Shown here in pieces: positions 13,110-27,925 of a stretch of 64,000 bases of DNA. The position numbers and the translations under genes are program-made. This DNA comes from Octopus vulgaris (lineage: Eukaryota). The DNA is taken from assembly GCA_951406725.2 (NCBI GenBank), contig OX597815.1:199702001-199766000 (forward strand), in the 5' to 3' direction. The first letter of the stretch is position 1; every line of letters starts with the position of its first letter. The notes below the pieces were generated by a model. It was not told the DNA's origin and made no database searches. It saw nothing but the letters and a program-made list of their open reading frames with translations.

Positions 13110-13955
13110 CAAATTTTGGCACTAGGCCAGTGGTTTTTAGGAAGGGTTCGTACTGATTTTATATCGACTTCAGTGTTCAACACGTATTTATTTTATCGAT
13201 TTCGAAAGGACGAAGGACAAAGTCCACCAAAGCAGCATTCATACTCAGAGCGTAAAGAAGCCATAAAAAATGCCACGAAGCATTTTCTTCGGTGCCGTAA
13301 TACTTCCGCCAGCTCGAAGCCTTTGTGAAGATTTTAATATTGGTTGGCCAGATATTTCGGTGCACAACTCGTATTTATTACATCGATCTGAAAGGGATGA
13401 GATGTAAAGTCGACCTCGGCAGAATTTAGACTCAGAATGTGAGACGGACAAGATAACGGCTAAGCCTTTTGACCGGCGTGCTAACGATCCCGTCATCTTA
13501 TGTACAGATTCTAACATTGGTTTCAAATTTTAGTACAAGGCCAGCAATTTCGGAGGCGGCATTAAGGCGATTACATCGACCCCGGTGCTCAGCTGGTACT
13601 TATTTCATCGACCCCGACAGAAACGAAAGGTAAAATCGACCTCGCAGAATTTAAACTCAGAAAATGAAAACGGACGATATGTTGCTAACCATTCTGACCG
13701 GCATGCTAACCATTCCTATTTCTTAATTCTTTATTGCCCATAAGGGGCTAAACATAGAAGGTACAAACAAAGACAGACAAAGGGATTAAGTCAATTTCAT
13801 CGACCCCAGTGCATAACTGGTACTTAATTTATCGACCTCGAAAGGATGAAAGGTAAAGTCGATCTCGGCGGAATTTGAACTCAGAACGTAACGACAGACG
13901 AAATACCGCTAAGCATTTCGGCCGGCGTGCTAACGATTCTGCCAGCTTGCCACCA
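13110..13955 (-). mobile_element. Cluster of four family A SINE units
   Basis: Repeated gaaaggatgaaaggtaaagtcgatctcggcggaatttgaactcagaac-like motif. Confidence 0.8.
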
Positions 13956-14114
13956 TATGTAAAGATATACTGATATATCTTTTAAGACATTGATATGGTG
14001 AAAACTGTTCTCATAATGCTGTGATGTTCAGACCTACTGAGACCTGGTCCAACTGAGTGTGTATCGAGCAGCATAAGGTCAGTTTATGTATAAAAGTTAC
14101 AGCTAGTATGTAAT

Positions 14115-14452
14115 TTGGCTGTAGTTTCCGGCTCGAAATTTCTAGAACCACCATTGACACTGGCTTACGCTTATATATTGCACTAATATTCCACACGCTT
14201 TCTATTGCATTGTTGCCTTTATTGAATTCATAAAGCAAAATATACAGAATATGCTCCCATGTCACTTCCATTATAGCTTTGAAAAAATAGCTGTTAAAAT
14301 CGAACTGCACTCTTCAAAACTTGCACTAAGAAGAAGGACAAGATAAAATTACTACCTGCTTTTATAGCAAGTTGATGTAGGTAGTTTATCCCATGCCTCT
14401 CCCACTTTTAGTTCATATAACTGAAAAAGACCGCATTACTTATGGGATAACG

Positions 14453-14458
<6 letters not shown>
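14115..14458 (-). pseudogene. mariner 5' end (TIR remnant + transposase N-terminus)
   Basis: MEVTWEHILYILLYEFNKGNNAIES...QWWF*KFRAGNY is a mariner helix-turn-helix region. Confidence 0.8.
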
Positions 14459-14498
<40 letters not shown>

Positions 14499-14501
<3 letters not shown>

Positions 14502-14863
14502 AAAAAAATACAAACTGGGACAAGAACGCAAAGCATTTAGAAGACGATACAAAAAACACGGACGGGACATTCGAAGCCTTCAATGTTCAGTCAAGAACCG
14601 GATCATCCTCGCAATTTCGGCTGATTAATCTTGAGATTACTCCGATCTGGCCAGCCCCAAAAGAAAATCTAAGCCAAGCGCATTAGATTCCTTGGAAGAA
14701 AGTCTCGAATGTATACAAAACAAGGACGGAAAAACGGACGATGTTACACGAATAAGAATACAAAAATACGTAAAAACAATAATGATAATAATAATAATAA
14801 CAAAAGCAGGACGTCGCAGACAGGCGTCTTTCGACAGGACGAGTAAACTTTGAGCTGGCGTGT
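14499..14863 (-). mobile_element. TA-flanked short element, pLTR-like, hammerhead scaffold without a catalytic core
   Basis: (TA)n on both sides; minus strand ggctg...cagcc-GAAA-ttgcga, but CTTTTGG where CTGANGA is expected. Confidence 0.45.
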
Positions 14864-14894
<31 letters not shown>

Positions 14895-14895
14895 T

Positions 14896-15278
14896 AGCAC
14901 TCCGTTGTTTACAACAATGAGGGTTCCAGATCATCCGATCAACGGAACAGCCTGCTCGTGAAACTAACGTGCAAGTGGCTGAGCACTCCACAAATACGTG
15001 TATCCTTAACGTAGTTCTCAGAGAGATTCAGCGTGACACAGAGTGTGACAAGGGTGGCTCCTTTGAAATACAGGTACAACAGAAACAGGAAGAAAGATTG
15101 ACAGAAAGTTGTGGTGAAAGAGTACAACAGGGTTCGCCACAAGCCCCTGCTGGAGCCTCGTGGAGCTTTTACGTGTTTTCGCTCAATAAACACTCACAAC
15201 AGCCGGTCCTGGGGATCGAAACCGCGATCCTACGACCGCAAGTCCGCTTCCTTAACCACAGGGCTATTGTGCCTCCAC
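14896..15278 (-). mobile_element. SINE family C (head C + tail C)
   Basis: Matches 22148, 38271 and 49796. Confidence 0.9.
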
Positions 15279-15284
15279 ACACAC

Positions 15285-15360
<76 letters not shown>

Positions 15361-15798
15361 GTATATACATACATACACACATTCATGTATGTGTGAATAA
15401 GTCTGTGCATGATATATATAATCATTGTAACTAGGACAAACAGATAGATTTTATTTATGGCGATGTAATAAATCTATCAATAAACCTACACGCACATTAA
15501 ATACACGTAAATACACATGCAAATTTATAATCCTATACACGCTTACTCAAGTCCACACATAATCCTGTACAGCCAGACACAAACTCCAATACACACCGCT
15601 TTTTCGTGTAAGTATAGAAATACAATATTGTCAGTTACGCTCGATGTGTTTTACACCTGGTTGTCTCGACAAAAACTACCAGACAAACAGCAACAAAGAA
15701 CAAACGTTGAAGACCAAAGTGGAAGCTTAATCTATCATATTTTAATGTAATATATTGCTCACAGTCAGTGTATTAGGAAATTATGTACGACTCGACAG

Positions 15799-17004
15799 CA
15801 CACACATACATACATACATACATACATACATACATACATACATACATACATACATACATACATACGTAGTTACGTACATACATACATACATACATACATA
15901 CATACATACGTACATACATACGCACATACATACATACATACGTACGTACGTACATACATACATACATACGTACGTACATACATACGTACGTACGTACATA
16001 CATACATACATACATGCATACATACATACATACATACGTACATACATACATAAATACGTACATACATAATACATACGTACATACATACATACATACATAC
16101 ATACATACATACATACATACATACATACATACATGCATGCATGCATACATACATGCATACATACATACATACATACGTACGTACGTACATACATACATAC
16201 ATACATTCATACATTCATACATACATACATACATACATACATACATACATACATACATACATACGTACATACGTACGCACATACATACATACATACATTC
16301 ATACATTCATACATACATACATACATACATACATACATACATACATACATACATACGTACATACGTACGTACATACATACATACATACGTACGTACATAC
16401 ATACATACATACGTACGTACGTACATACATACATACATACATAATACATACGTACATACATACATACATACATACATACATACATACATACATACATACA
16501 TACATACATACATACATACATACATACATACATACGTACATACATACATAAATACGTACATACATAATACATACGTACATACATACATACATACATACAT
16601 ACATACATACATACATACATGCATGCATGCATACATACATGCATACATACATACATACATACGTACGTACGTACGTACGTACATACATACATACATACAT
16701 ACATACATACATACATACATGCATGCATGCATACATACATGCATACATACATACATACATACATACGTACGTACGTACGTACATACATACATACATACAT
16801 ACATACATACATACATACATACATACATACATACATACATACATACATACATACGTACGTACGCACATACGTACGTACATACATACATACATACATAGAC
16901 ACGTACATGTGGTGTGTATCTGTGTACATACATACTCACAGACAAATGCAACATACGCACGTACTTTTAAGCTTAGTAATACACTCGCACATCTATCAAT
17001 CTAC

Positions 17005-17083
<79 letters not shown>
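15799..17083. repeat. (CATA)n array with CGTA/CATG variants, followed by (TATC)n
   Basis: Read directly from the sequence. Confidence 0.98.
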
Positions 17084-17084
<1 letters not shown>

Positions 17085-17099
17085 GATGATGATGATGAT

Positions 17100-17672
17100 G
17101 GCCTCAGCAAATATTCTGTTCAATACCAATGCCCTGATGCAGTATCAGACAGTGGCTCTCATGGCTTCTGATCTAAACTGATAGGAAGTGTTATCATGTA
17201 CATTGTTTTGTCTTGGTATAAAATATGGGCTACAGCAAATATTCTACTCAATACCACGGATTTGCTTGTCAGTTGTTTGACCTTAACCAATTGAGCATGT
17301 GGTTAAGGTGGCTGACAATATGTGCATCTCTGATCACGAGCAGAAATAGTGGGGAGCATCATAGCCATGTGTAGAGAGGATTTCTTTTAGGTTTAACTAA
17401 TTCACCTCTCGAAACATTAGTGTTTCGTTCAACACCCTTAAACAGCTCTTACTCAGGGACCTTTTGAGTGGGATGGGCTACTCGACCTGAAGAAAATTCT
17501 AACTGGGCGCCACCTGCAAGGTCATGCGTTGCTTACGTTATGAAATCACCATGTTGCGCACATATGGTTGTGATGCATGCGCCTGGTGTACTCTTATCAG
17601 ACGGGTAGTCACGATGGGTGTACTGGGTTTCGTATATTTTACCCCAGTGTTACTTTGATGGCATGCACTGCC
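17100..17672. repeat. Unclassified microsatellite-flanked insert
   Basis: Complex 570-bp block between (GAT)n and (TAA)n, with an internal direct repeat cagcaaatattct..tcaatacca (17105, 17233). Confidence 0.4.
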
Positions 17673-17725
<53 letters not shown>

Positions 17726-17731
17726 TATGAT

Positions 17732-17776
<45 letters not shown>

Positions 17777-17777
<1 letters not shown>

Positions 17778-17981
17778 TAGACAAATACATAACAAAAACA
17801 CCAGGACTTACAAACACATATAACATACAGAAAATTGCACTACTAGGCACTGCACACATCCTACGCACATCACTTTCCATACAATAACCATCAGAGCATC
17901 ACAACAAATCACAGCACATACCTAAGGAACACAGAGCTGCGCTCGGTAGTGAAGTGAAAGCACGCTATAAAAATAAAACTA

Positions 17982-17985
<4 letters not shown>
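17777..17985 (+). mobile_element. R4/Dong-like non-LTR retrotransposon, extreme 3' end in (TAA)n
   Basis: DKYITKTPGLTNTYNIQKIALLGTAHILRTSLSIQ* is homologous to the C-terminus ending at 18813. Confidence 0.8.
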
Positions 17986-18060
<75 letters not shown>

Positions 18061-18078
18061 GTGATAATAATAATAGTG

Positions 18079-18148
<70 letters not shown>

Positions 18149-18171
18149 TAATAATAATTTTTGTTTTTGTT

Positions 18172-18940
18172 ATGCAGAACAAGATCAGAGCTTGCCTACC
18201 AGAAATTACTATGCAAACGTCCTTAAAGATGGATCTGACCCCTCGGGAAAAATTTGTGGAATATTCGCAGAAATAATTGATCACATTGTTTCTGGTTGCC
18301 CAGTCTTCGCTGAAAAGGAGTACCTCATAAGAGATGACAGACTAGGGCAGCACATCCACTGGAATGTTTGTAAATATTACAAAATTAAATCCCATAATAA
18401 GTGATACAGGCACCACCCAGAGGATGTAGTAAATGGCGAGGGCGTCAGCATTCCTTTGGAACTTTCCAGTACAAACAGACAGAAAAATTGACTCCAAATG
18501 ACCAGACATTGTGATCAAGGACTACAACAGAGGAACTTGTCTGTTAATAGATATGTCTGTCTCACAAGATCAAAATGTCTCAAGAAAGGAATACGAAAAG
18601 CTTTCTCACTATAAAGATCTGCAAATTGAAATCACAAAAATGTGGAAGCTTAGTACTACGATAATACCAGTAATGATCGGTGCGTTGGGAAAGATAAAAA
18701 AGGGAGCGGAAAAGTATATTAAGGAACTCCCGGGTAACCCTAATCTCCGTGAGCTACGAAAGATAACTTCGATGGGTACAACCCATATACTATGGAAAGC
18801 ACTCTCCATTTAAATTGGAATAAATATGGCGATAATTTTAGCATGCATAGCAAAACAAAAGTGCTCTTACTACTTTTGGCCTCTGGAGGATGAGCGGTAC
18901 TAAGGCAGCTGAAATAAAGTTATAATGAAAGGAAACCATA
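18172..18940 (+). pseudogene. R4/Dong-like retrotransposon C-terminus (CCHC knuckle + restriction-like endonuclease)
   Basis: AEQDQSLPTRNY, ICG..AEIIDHIVSGC, HIHWNVCK, *PDIVIKD..CLLIDMSV, EKLSHYKDLQIEITKMW, IIPVMIGALG; flanked by (TAA)n. Confidence 0.9.
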
Positions 18941-18962
18941 AATGATGATGATGATGAGGATG

Positions 18963-19027
<65 letters not shown>

Positions 19028-19174
19028 CATGATAATGATAATAATAATAATAATAATAATGATAATAATAATAAACACCAACACGAACTTCCAACTTGTT
19101 GTCTCTTGAGGTCTCTGGGTGAGACTTGGAGCCAGCTTGTGCAAATGTAAAGCAGAAGTCATACATAGAATAAC

Positions 19175-19255
<81 letters not shown>

Positions 19256-19426
19256 TAATAATAATAATAATCATGGTTTCATTTATTTGCCATCAGGGTG
19301 GGATGACAATACAAAGACAGCCCCAAATTGTGGGGGATTTACATATAATGAAATGATAAATAAAAAGGAGAGGGTTAGTATACACGGTATGCAATGAAAA
19401 GGAAGGGACATATACACAGTATGATG

Positions 19427-19469
<43 letters not shown>

Positions 19470-19495
19470 TATTGATAATGATAATAATGATAAAA
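18941..19495. repeat. (TAA)n arrays with two short inserts (19075-19170, 19271-19420)
   Basis: Read directly; the inserts are probably further retroelement 3' ends (inference). Confidence 0.8.
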
Positions 19496-19689
19496 ACCAC
19501 AATAAACAAAGATAATAACATGAAATTTAGAGGAGAGCAAGGGAGAGAAGCGTGAAGAATAATTAGATTATATTTTATTGGCTTGTAAGATGGATGTTAC
19601 ATATAGCATAGCTGGAGAAATTGGATTTAAATACATAAATACATGTGTAAGTATGTATGTATGTCTCTATGTAATTATGCATCTATGTA

Positions 19690-20212
<523 letters not shown>

Positions 20213-20409
20213 AGGACGAATCTCCCGAGTTTGAATTCCCAATTATTTTAGTATGAGTGTGTGTGTCTGAGTGTATCTGTGTATGTGTGTGAGTGTGTGT
20301 GTGAGCGTGCATGCATGCCTGCGTGCGCGTATGTGTGATTGCGTGTGTGTGTGTGTGTGTTTGCTTGTAGTGCGTGTTACTGTGTGTGTAGGTTATCTGT
20401 ATTCGCAAG

Positions 20410-20450
20410 CATCTCTGACGATAGCACGATAACCGAGACGAGTCACTATG
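20410..20450 (+). ncRNA. Possible decayed minimal hammerhead
   Basis: CTGACGA-tagcacgataacc-GAGA-cgag-TC; stems are poor. Confidence 0.3.
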
Positions 20451-21189
20451 TTTTTGAATATATTCTTTTAAATATATATATATATATTCTGTTATTTCTT
20501 TATTCACCAGAGAAGCTTATAGACGCCACACTAACATGCATTTTAGTGTATTGATTTTGATTTTCAGGCACAAGGCCAATTTCTTTGTAGTTGGAGAAAA
20601 AAAAAATTATATATTCGATTGAATCGACTCTAGTATAGCAATAGTGTTCGCACTTGTGTTATCGATCCCCGAGTAATAACGATGGTTTTACATTGATTTG
20701 TTTTTTATAACTTCTACACAAGGTCATACATTTATAAGACAGATGTGCAGTCGATCCGATCGACCCCTACTAACAAATATAGTACTTAAAATATAGAATC
20801 CATGGAGATTAATGGTCGTCTGCTTCCTGTATTTTTCTCCAGACATAGTGTGTCTAGGACTACATTATCCAAGGTGTCTTTCATCTTATAAGGTAGTAGA
20901 GTGCTAATCAAGGAAAATTTATTTGCAAATTCTACACAGGTGAGTGAAGTATAGACTTCCCTGGTTGGGTGCGTAGAGTCAACATTGCCATTGAAAACAA
21001 ATTTGGCGCTAAATTGTTCCGCTTCTATTCGAAATTAGGTTGTCCTTATGCTGTGACCTAGATCAAACGAGAAAAAGCCCTTCTTACTAACACACCGTAA
21101 CTATTTAAGAATGAAATACTCCATGTATAACATGGATCATTATATTATGCATGACCATGTAATGCATAAATTAAATGCTATAATGAATT

Positions 21190-21395
21190 CTAATTTTGGT
21201 ACAAGGCCAGCAATTTTTAGGAGAGGGGAAAATTGATTACATCGAATCCAATTCTCGACAGGTATTTTATTTTATCGATCCTGAAAGTAGGAAAGGCAAA
21301 GTCAACCTCGACAGCATTTGAACTCACAATGTAAAACCTGAATAAATGTCGCTAAACATTTTGTACAGCTTACTAACAATTTTACCAGGTCGTTG
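21190..21395 (-). mobile_element. SINE family A, decayed
   Basis: Family homology. Confidence 0.7.
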
Positions 21396-22147
21396 CCCTA
21401 CATGTTATTATGAAAGGCACTTAGCAAATAGAGCCCCCACTTTGAAGGTTTTCGATAATGGCTCTCGTCTCATGGACCGTCTCACCTCGACAGTTTCCTC
21501 CAACGACTCACTCATTTCGCTTTCTCAAGCAGGACATAATGAAAACAACACAAGCCCTCTTTAAATTATTTTCATCTGATGTAACAGATGCACAGCTACA
21601 AGCCATTACAAGCTTCAGTAGCTTTCACGAGTTTATATCCCATCCATGTAAATTAACAGTACCACAAGGAGTAATTATTACACTAGCCTCAAAATATTCA
21701 CTTCACCAACAGCCATTACGAACAACACATCCCCCTCAACATAGTATAACACTATGAATGCTTCTCTGCTAACACTTAGGCAGCAGTAGTTATGTAACCT
21801 TTTGTCAAGACTTAACAGTACTCTAGTGATAAGCCATCGCAGTTTCAGCCGTTATCACAAGCTATCACATTTTGCAAATCACGACACAAATGATTCAAGC
21901 AAAACCTTACAAACTTAAAACCACAAACCATCATCGTAACCTCAACCATCTCAATTTAAATATTCTCCAGTCTGAATATAAATACTGTTATGTGTCGTTT
22001 CGTTCTAATGGGTGATAGACAACTCAAATGAAGGCATTGTTATCGTTTTACGTGTTTATTTGCTTTATGTGTTACACGAACTGTCCGACATTCAGCGTAG
22101 TGATACTTATATACTTTAGACACAGTTCGTACTGTTTGCTAATAAAA

Positions 22148-22498
22148 TGTGGAGGCGCAATGGCCCAGTGGTTAGGGCAGCGGACTCGCGGTCGGAGGAT
22201 CGCGGTTTCGATTCCCTGACCGGGCATTGTGAGTGTTTATTGAGCGAAAACACCTAAAGCTCCACGAGGCTCTTTCACCACAACTTTCTCTCACTCTTTC
22301 TTCCTGTTTCTGTTGTACCTGTATTTCAAAGGGCCAGCCTTGTCACATTCTGTGTGTCACGCTGAATCTCCCTGAGAACTACGTTAAGGGTACACGTGTC
22401 TGTGGAGTGCTCAGCCACTTGCACGTTAATATCACGAGCAAGCTGTTCCGTTGATCGTATCAGCTGCGACCCTCATCGTCGCAACCGACGGAGTGCTC
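22148..22498 (+). mobile_element. SINE family C
   Basis: A-box TGGCCCAGTGG, B-box GTTTCGATTCC, tail ending ccgacggagtgc. Confidence 0.9.
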
Positions 22499-23029
22499 CT
22501 ACTAATAAAATAGTGCCAAAAGTGGGGATGTATTCTACACACGTATGCCTACGTATACACATAGATATGAATGTGTAACAAATACCTCAGCGACAATATC
22601 ATTCAAAACCTTCTCAGTTTGTCTAAATATTAGGCATGTTTAAGCTGATAGAATTAAAATTTACAGTTTTCTATTTTCAGCAGTTTCTCGTAAAAAGTAT
22701 ATTTATTTTCTCTTTTGTCCTCCTCCCAATGATACTATCTACTCTAATCTGTGTGACATTCAAAGAACTTATAACACTATGAACTCTAAGTATAATACAC
22801 TTAATACGTAAATTTACCAACTGACTTTACAAACATATTTACGTTTGTGAACCTTGATTTTATGAGCGTTGTCCTTTTTGGAATCTGTATCGTCGCAATC
22901 TTTCTGTGAACACAAGTCATTTTTTGTTGTATATAATTGCTTTATTTTGATGTTGTATTTGAATTATTGCAGCCAGTCAGAACTCTAAACTACTGGTGGA
23001 TCGAGGAAAACATCTACCTACCTACCTAC

Positions 23030-23224
<195 letters not shown>

Positions 23225-23367
23225 CCTCAGGACTTATTCTTTGTAAGCCTAGTACTTATTCTATCGGTCTCTTTTGCCGAACACCGCTAAGTTACGGGGA
23301 CGCAAACACACCAGCATCGGTTGTCAAGCGATGTTGGGGATGGGACAAACATAGACGCACAAACACA

Positions 23368-23428
<61 letters not shown>

Positions 23429-23571
23429 GTCTACCAAATCCACTCACAAGGCTTTGGTCGGCCCGAAGCTATAGTAGAAGACACTCGCCCAAGGTGCCAC
23501 GCAGTGGGACTGAACCCGGAACCATGTGGTTCGTAAGCAAGCTACTTACCACACAGCCACTCCTACGCCTA
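23225..23571 (-). mobile_element. SINE family B next to (TATC)n (23010-23224)
   Basis: Family homology. Confidence 0.9.
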
Positions 23572-25057
23572 ATCATATTTGCCATTTCATTTTCAGATAT
23601 TTAGCTTTGCACTTACGTAAGAGATCAATTTATGTTACATATGTGAATATCAACTCGCAGTCTGTGATTTTCGCACTTGGTTTTAAGTTCACTGAATTTG
23701 TACTCTTCAATGTTTTGCCATGAATTACTTGACTAAGTTTCTAAGAGCTAGTTTCTTAATAGATTCTCAATAAATACAATAAGATGTAGACAGAAACTGT
23801 AAATCGATATACTTCGAAAGAATAAATGTTTCTCATATTTTTCTCGTTTGAATTATAGGATAAGTGACTCAAAGTAAATCACATGCTATGCATTGGCCGC
23901 ATTATAATTAAGTTCTAGTTGGTGTAAATAATACTTTCAAAGACTGAACATTTCACTTAGTTGCTGAAATCATTGAAAGAATGTTGCAAAGATTTTTTTT
24001 CTCTCGTTTGTTTTATCACAACAGAAAATATATTCCAAGATATTGTCTCATGGTAAGTGGTCAGCGTCTAGATATATATAAATACATTTTATTGCAGCCA
24101 TTTTAACTTGACCCCAGGTCAGCTCACATCGAGCATGATTACAGGAGTTTCAGCCGTGTCCGTCCTGTTTTGTGTTAAACATATTTTATCAATAACTTCC
24201 TTCTGTGTTTTTTTTAAACTGTATGTTAAAACCTCTTTTGAGGAAGCTTTAGCTGCTATTTTCTTTTAGAAGGTTTAGCAACTGCACAAGGATTTCAAAA
24301 CTGGGTCATAGACATTTATGATACGTCGATGCCAATCTAGTCTAAGTGGAATTCCATTTAAGTAATCAATCAATCGACTAATTTATAATGCACTACATAG
24401 CGCTTTGGTTAATTAAAAACATTGTTTACATGAGCTACCTGGATTAATTCATTCATAGACACTACACAACACTTTTCTATATCTTAAAATGTCAGATGTA
24501 CTTTTTAGTAAACAGACATTTTTCGCCTACCAGCGGAAAGTAAGCAAAGCGGTTTATGTCACAGTTTCATATCCCTGTGGGTAGAAACAATAGGATCTAT
24601 TTGGCGAGTTTCTAGCTTTATTTGAGTTTCATCAAAGAGGGAATACCTGCGTATAGCTTACAGCAAATTATAAAATGTATATTTGAATGTGAGGTAATAG
24701 TTGGAAGTGTCTAACACAATACAGCACCTAGCCAAGTTTACGGGATATTAAAAAAACCCCAAAAAACTCACACAAAAGGAAATGCGAAGATGAAAATACA
24801 TTGACTGGACATAATGAATATGAACCCCACATCTTCACAGTTTTTGTCTATAGGCCCGTCTTATTGTAGCTAAAGAGAAGAGAGAGGAAAACTATCTCGA
24901 ATGATATTTCTTCTTTGGTGGGGAACAACACTTTTGATTTGTATTATGTTGTGTTTTTCGTGGAATAAGAGAAAACTCTAAGACCACCCCGGGTGGATGG
25001 TGGAACAAACTGTAGCAACGTCACTGCTTAAAGAACCATCTATATATCCTGTTCAGA

Positions 25058-25473
25058 AGGCGGCAAGTTGGCAGACACGTTAGCGCGCCGGGCGAAATGC
25101 TTAGCGGTATTTCGTCTGTCGTTACGTTCTGAGTTCAAATTCCGCCGAGGTTGACTTTGCTTTTCATCCTTTCGGGGTCGATAAATTAAGTACCAGCTAC
25201 GCACTGGGGTCGATGTAATCGACTTAATCCGTTTGTCTGTCCTTGTTTGTCTTCTCTGTGTTTAGCCCCTTGTGGGTAGTAAAGAAATAGGTATTTCGTC
25301 TGTCGTTATGTTCTGAGTTCAAATTTCGCCGAGGTCGACTTTGCCTTTCATCCTTTCGAGGCCGATAAATAAAGTACCAGTTTCGCACTGGGGTAGATGT
25401 AATCGACTTAATCTATTTGTCTGTCCTTGTTTGTTCCCTCTATGTTTAGCCCCTTGTGGACAATAAAGAAATA
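25058..25473 (+). mobile_element. SINE family A dimer with 17-bp TSD
   Basis: TSD tatatatcctgttcaga at 25041-25057 and 25474-25490. Confidence 0.92.
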
Positions 25474-25669
25474 TATATATCCTGTTCAGATTTGCAGCAG
25501 CTCTTTGGCTGCCCATGGCTTAAACCAATAGCTGTCGCCAACCCACTCTTATAATACACATTAATGTACATGTTTGTCTCTTTTATTTAGAAATACTGAT
25601 AGAAAAATAAAGAACAAAAAAATAAAATATCGAGTAACGACCATGATATGTCATATTATATTGATTCCT

Positions 25670-25845
25670 TTGATACCACAGGGTGCCAACAAGAGACCTT
25701 TTTCTGTCTCAATCTTTGGAAATGGATTGTAGTTGTTCCTAAGTTTAGTCGCCTGTCAGTGCTTCCGTTTCTGTAGATCTTCTCCATGTTGTTGTTGGTC
25801 TGCTACGCTTCTGTCTCCCTTGAAGTGTCTGACGGAGAGATTACC
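25670..25845 (-). pseudogene. RTE LINE C-terminal fragment
   Basis: GRQKRSRPTTTWRR resembles the RTE motif GKRxRGRPxxTWRR; continues after the SINE at 26255. Confidence 0.6.
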
Positions 25846-26254
25846 TATTTTTTTACTACCCACAAGGGGCTAAACACAGAGAGGACAAACAAGGACAGAC
25901 AAGCGGATTAAGTCGATTACATCGACCCCTGTGCGTGACTGGTATTTAATTAATCGACCCCGAAAGAATGAAAGGCAAAATCGACCTTGGCGGAATTTGA
26001 ACTCAGAACGTAACGGCAGACGAAATACCTATTTCTTTACTACCCACAAGGGGTTAAACGCAGAGGGGACAAACAAGGACAGACAAGCGGATTAAGTCGA
26101 TTACATCGACCCCAGTGCGTAACTGGTACTTAATTAATCGACCCCGAAAGAATGAAAGGCAAAATCGACCTTGGCGGAATTTGAACTCAGAACGTAGCGG
26201 CAGACGAAATACTGCTAGGCATTTCGCCCGGCGTGCTAACGATTCTGCCAGCTC
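25846..26254 (-). mobile_element. SINE family A dimer with 15-bp TSD
   Basis: TSD gacggagagattacc at 25831-25845 and 26255-26269. Confidence 0.92.
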
Positions 26255-26744
26255 GACGGAGAGATTACCATGTAATGTTGGAACCAGGTCTCCGTAGTGC
26301 CTGTCCCCGCCAACAATCAACAACCACGATATACCTTAGAAAAAAGAAAAAAAAACTAGTTGTTGCTATTGTTATTGTTATTGTTTTTAACTTCCAAGTT
26401 GATTATGATCGAACAGAACTATGACCAAAGTTAGTCCAAGTGCGATTTTTTCTTTAAACAACAATATGACGCCTACCTATTATTACTGAATGTATTTTGA
26501 CCCTGTCCGATGGAATTTGAGAGACAATTTAGCACCTAGCCCTTGCAGATTGAGTAACTCAAGCGCAAACTACTTAATTAAACCTTCAACTCAAGAGCAA
26601 GCTACTTAATTAAACCTTCTTAATTAAACTACTTAATTAAACCTTCAAAAATCATTTTGATATTTGCTCCTACTGAAAAAAACGCGAGTAAACCATCTAA
26701 AAGGTTGCATTTCGTGGAAGTTGACACGTGTTCGGTTTTGGTTC

Positions 26745-26900
26745 AATCAATCGACTTAATCCGTTTGTCTGTCCTTCTTTGTCTTCTCTGTGTTTAGCCC
26801 TTGTGGGTAGTAAAGAAATAGGTATTTCGTCTGATGTTACGTTCTGAGTTCAAATTTCGCCGAGGTCGATTTTGCCTTTCATCCTTTGGGGGTCGATAAT
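26745..26900 (+). mobile_element. SINE family A dimer-junction fragment
   Basis: Contains the aaagaaatag|gtatttcgtc junction. Confidence 0.8.
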
Positions 26901-27264
26901 AATCAAAGATGATACTGAGTAAGACTGAGTATATATCTGAATCTTTATTTGGTGTTTATCGTTAGCAGTAGCTGTGGCTATAGTAATCCAAAGAAGAGTT
27001 ATAGGATGGTGTCATAGCTTCCATTTCAAAGCGGAAATCGAATGCATGAAACATCTTCCGCAGGAAAGGATCTCATTTTATCCTGCATATCACATTCAAC
27101 ATGTTTCTCTTCAAGGCCCCAGAGTCTATTAATAACGTTGGCATCGGCATTTGCAAGTGCCTACAGCAATTCCCGATATTTTTCGAACTCTAAGATAAGT
27201 AAAAGCAAGGCTCATATCGTAGTTTTTCAGTTCACTATACTAATTTATGTGAGATATCCCTATG

Positions 27265-27446
27265 TCTTTTTTAGTCTTTTACTTGTTTCAGTCATGCTGG
27301 AGCACCGCCTTTAGTCGAGCAAATCGACCCCGGGACTTATTCTTTGTAAGCCCAGTACTTATTCTATCGGTCTCTTTTGCCGAACCGCTAAGTGACGGGG
27401 ACGCAAACACACCAGCATCGGTTGTCAAGCAATGCTAGGGGGACAA

Positions 27447-27479
<33 letters not shown>

Positions 27480-27649
27480 CATACGACGGGCTTCTTTCAG
27501 TTTCCGTCTACCAAATCCACTCACAAGGCTTTGGTCGGCCCGAGGCTATAGCAGAAGACAGTTGCCCAAGATGCCACGCAGTGGAACTGAACCCTGAACG
27601 ATGTGGTTGGTTAGCAAGCTACTTACCACACAGCCTCTCCTGCGCCTAT
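27265..27649 (-). mobile_element. SINE family B
   Basis: Family homology. Confidence 0.9.
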
Positions 27650-27925
27650 ATGTCTGTTTAATATAAAGAAGGCTCCGTAGAGACTTTTCACTCAGCAATA
27701 TTGCTAGCATTCAAAGATGTTTTCCCATTTGCATTTTTTCCTTTTCTATAAAATTGGATTAGCTGAGCTTATTGTTATAATCTCCCTTGCTTGTATATTT
27801 TATATTTTAAACACCACCAGAGGGAGTTTTATTTTCGTTTAATGACCGCATGAATAAAATCAGTAAATCAAACAATTCTTAATATATTACAAAGGTAAGA
27901 GACCTATCTATGTAGTATGCACAGC

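Noticed and set aside
21385-21960. Possible LINE ORF1 relic (RCPTCYYERHLAN)
   Set aside because: Only one weak zinc-knuckle-like motif, too degenerate to call
24509-24545. Possible small exon ending aa|gtaagc
   Set aside because: No homology or other supporting evidence
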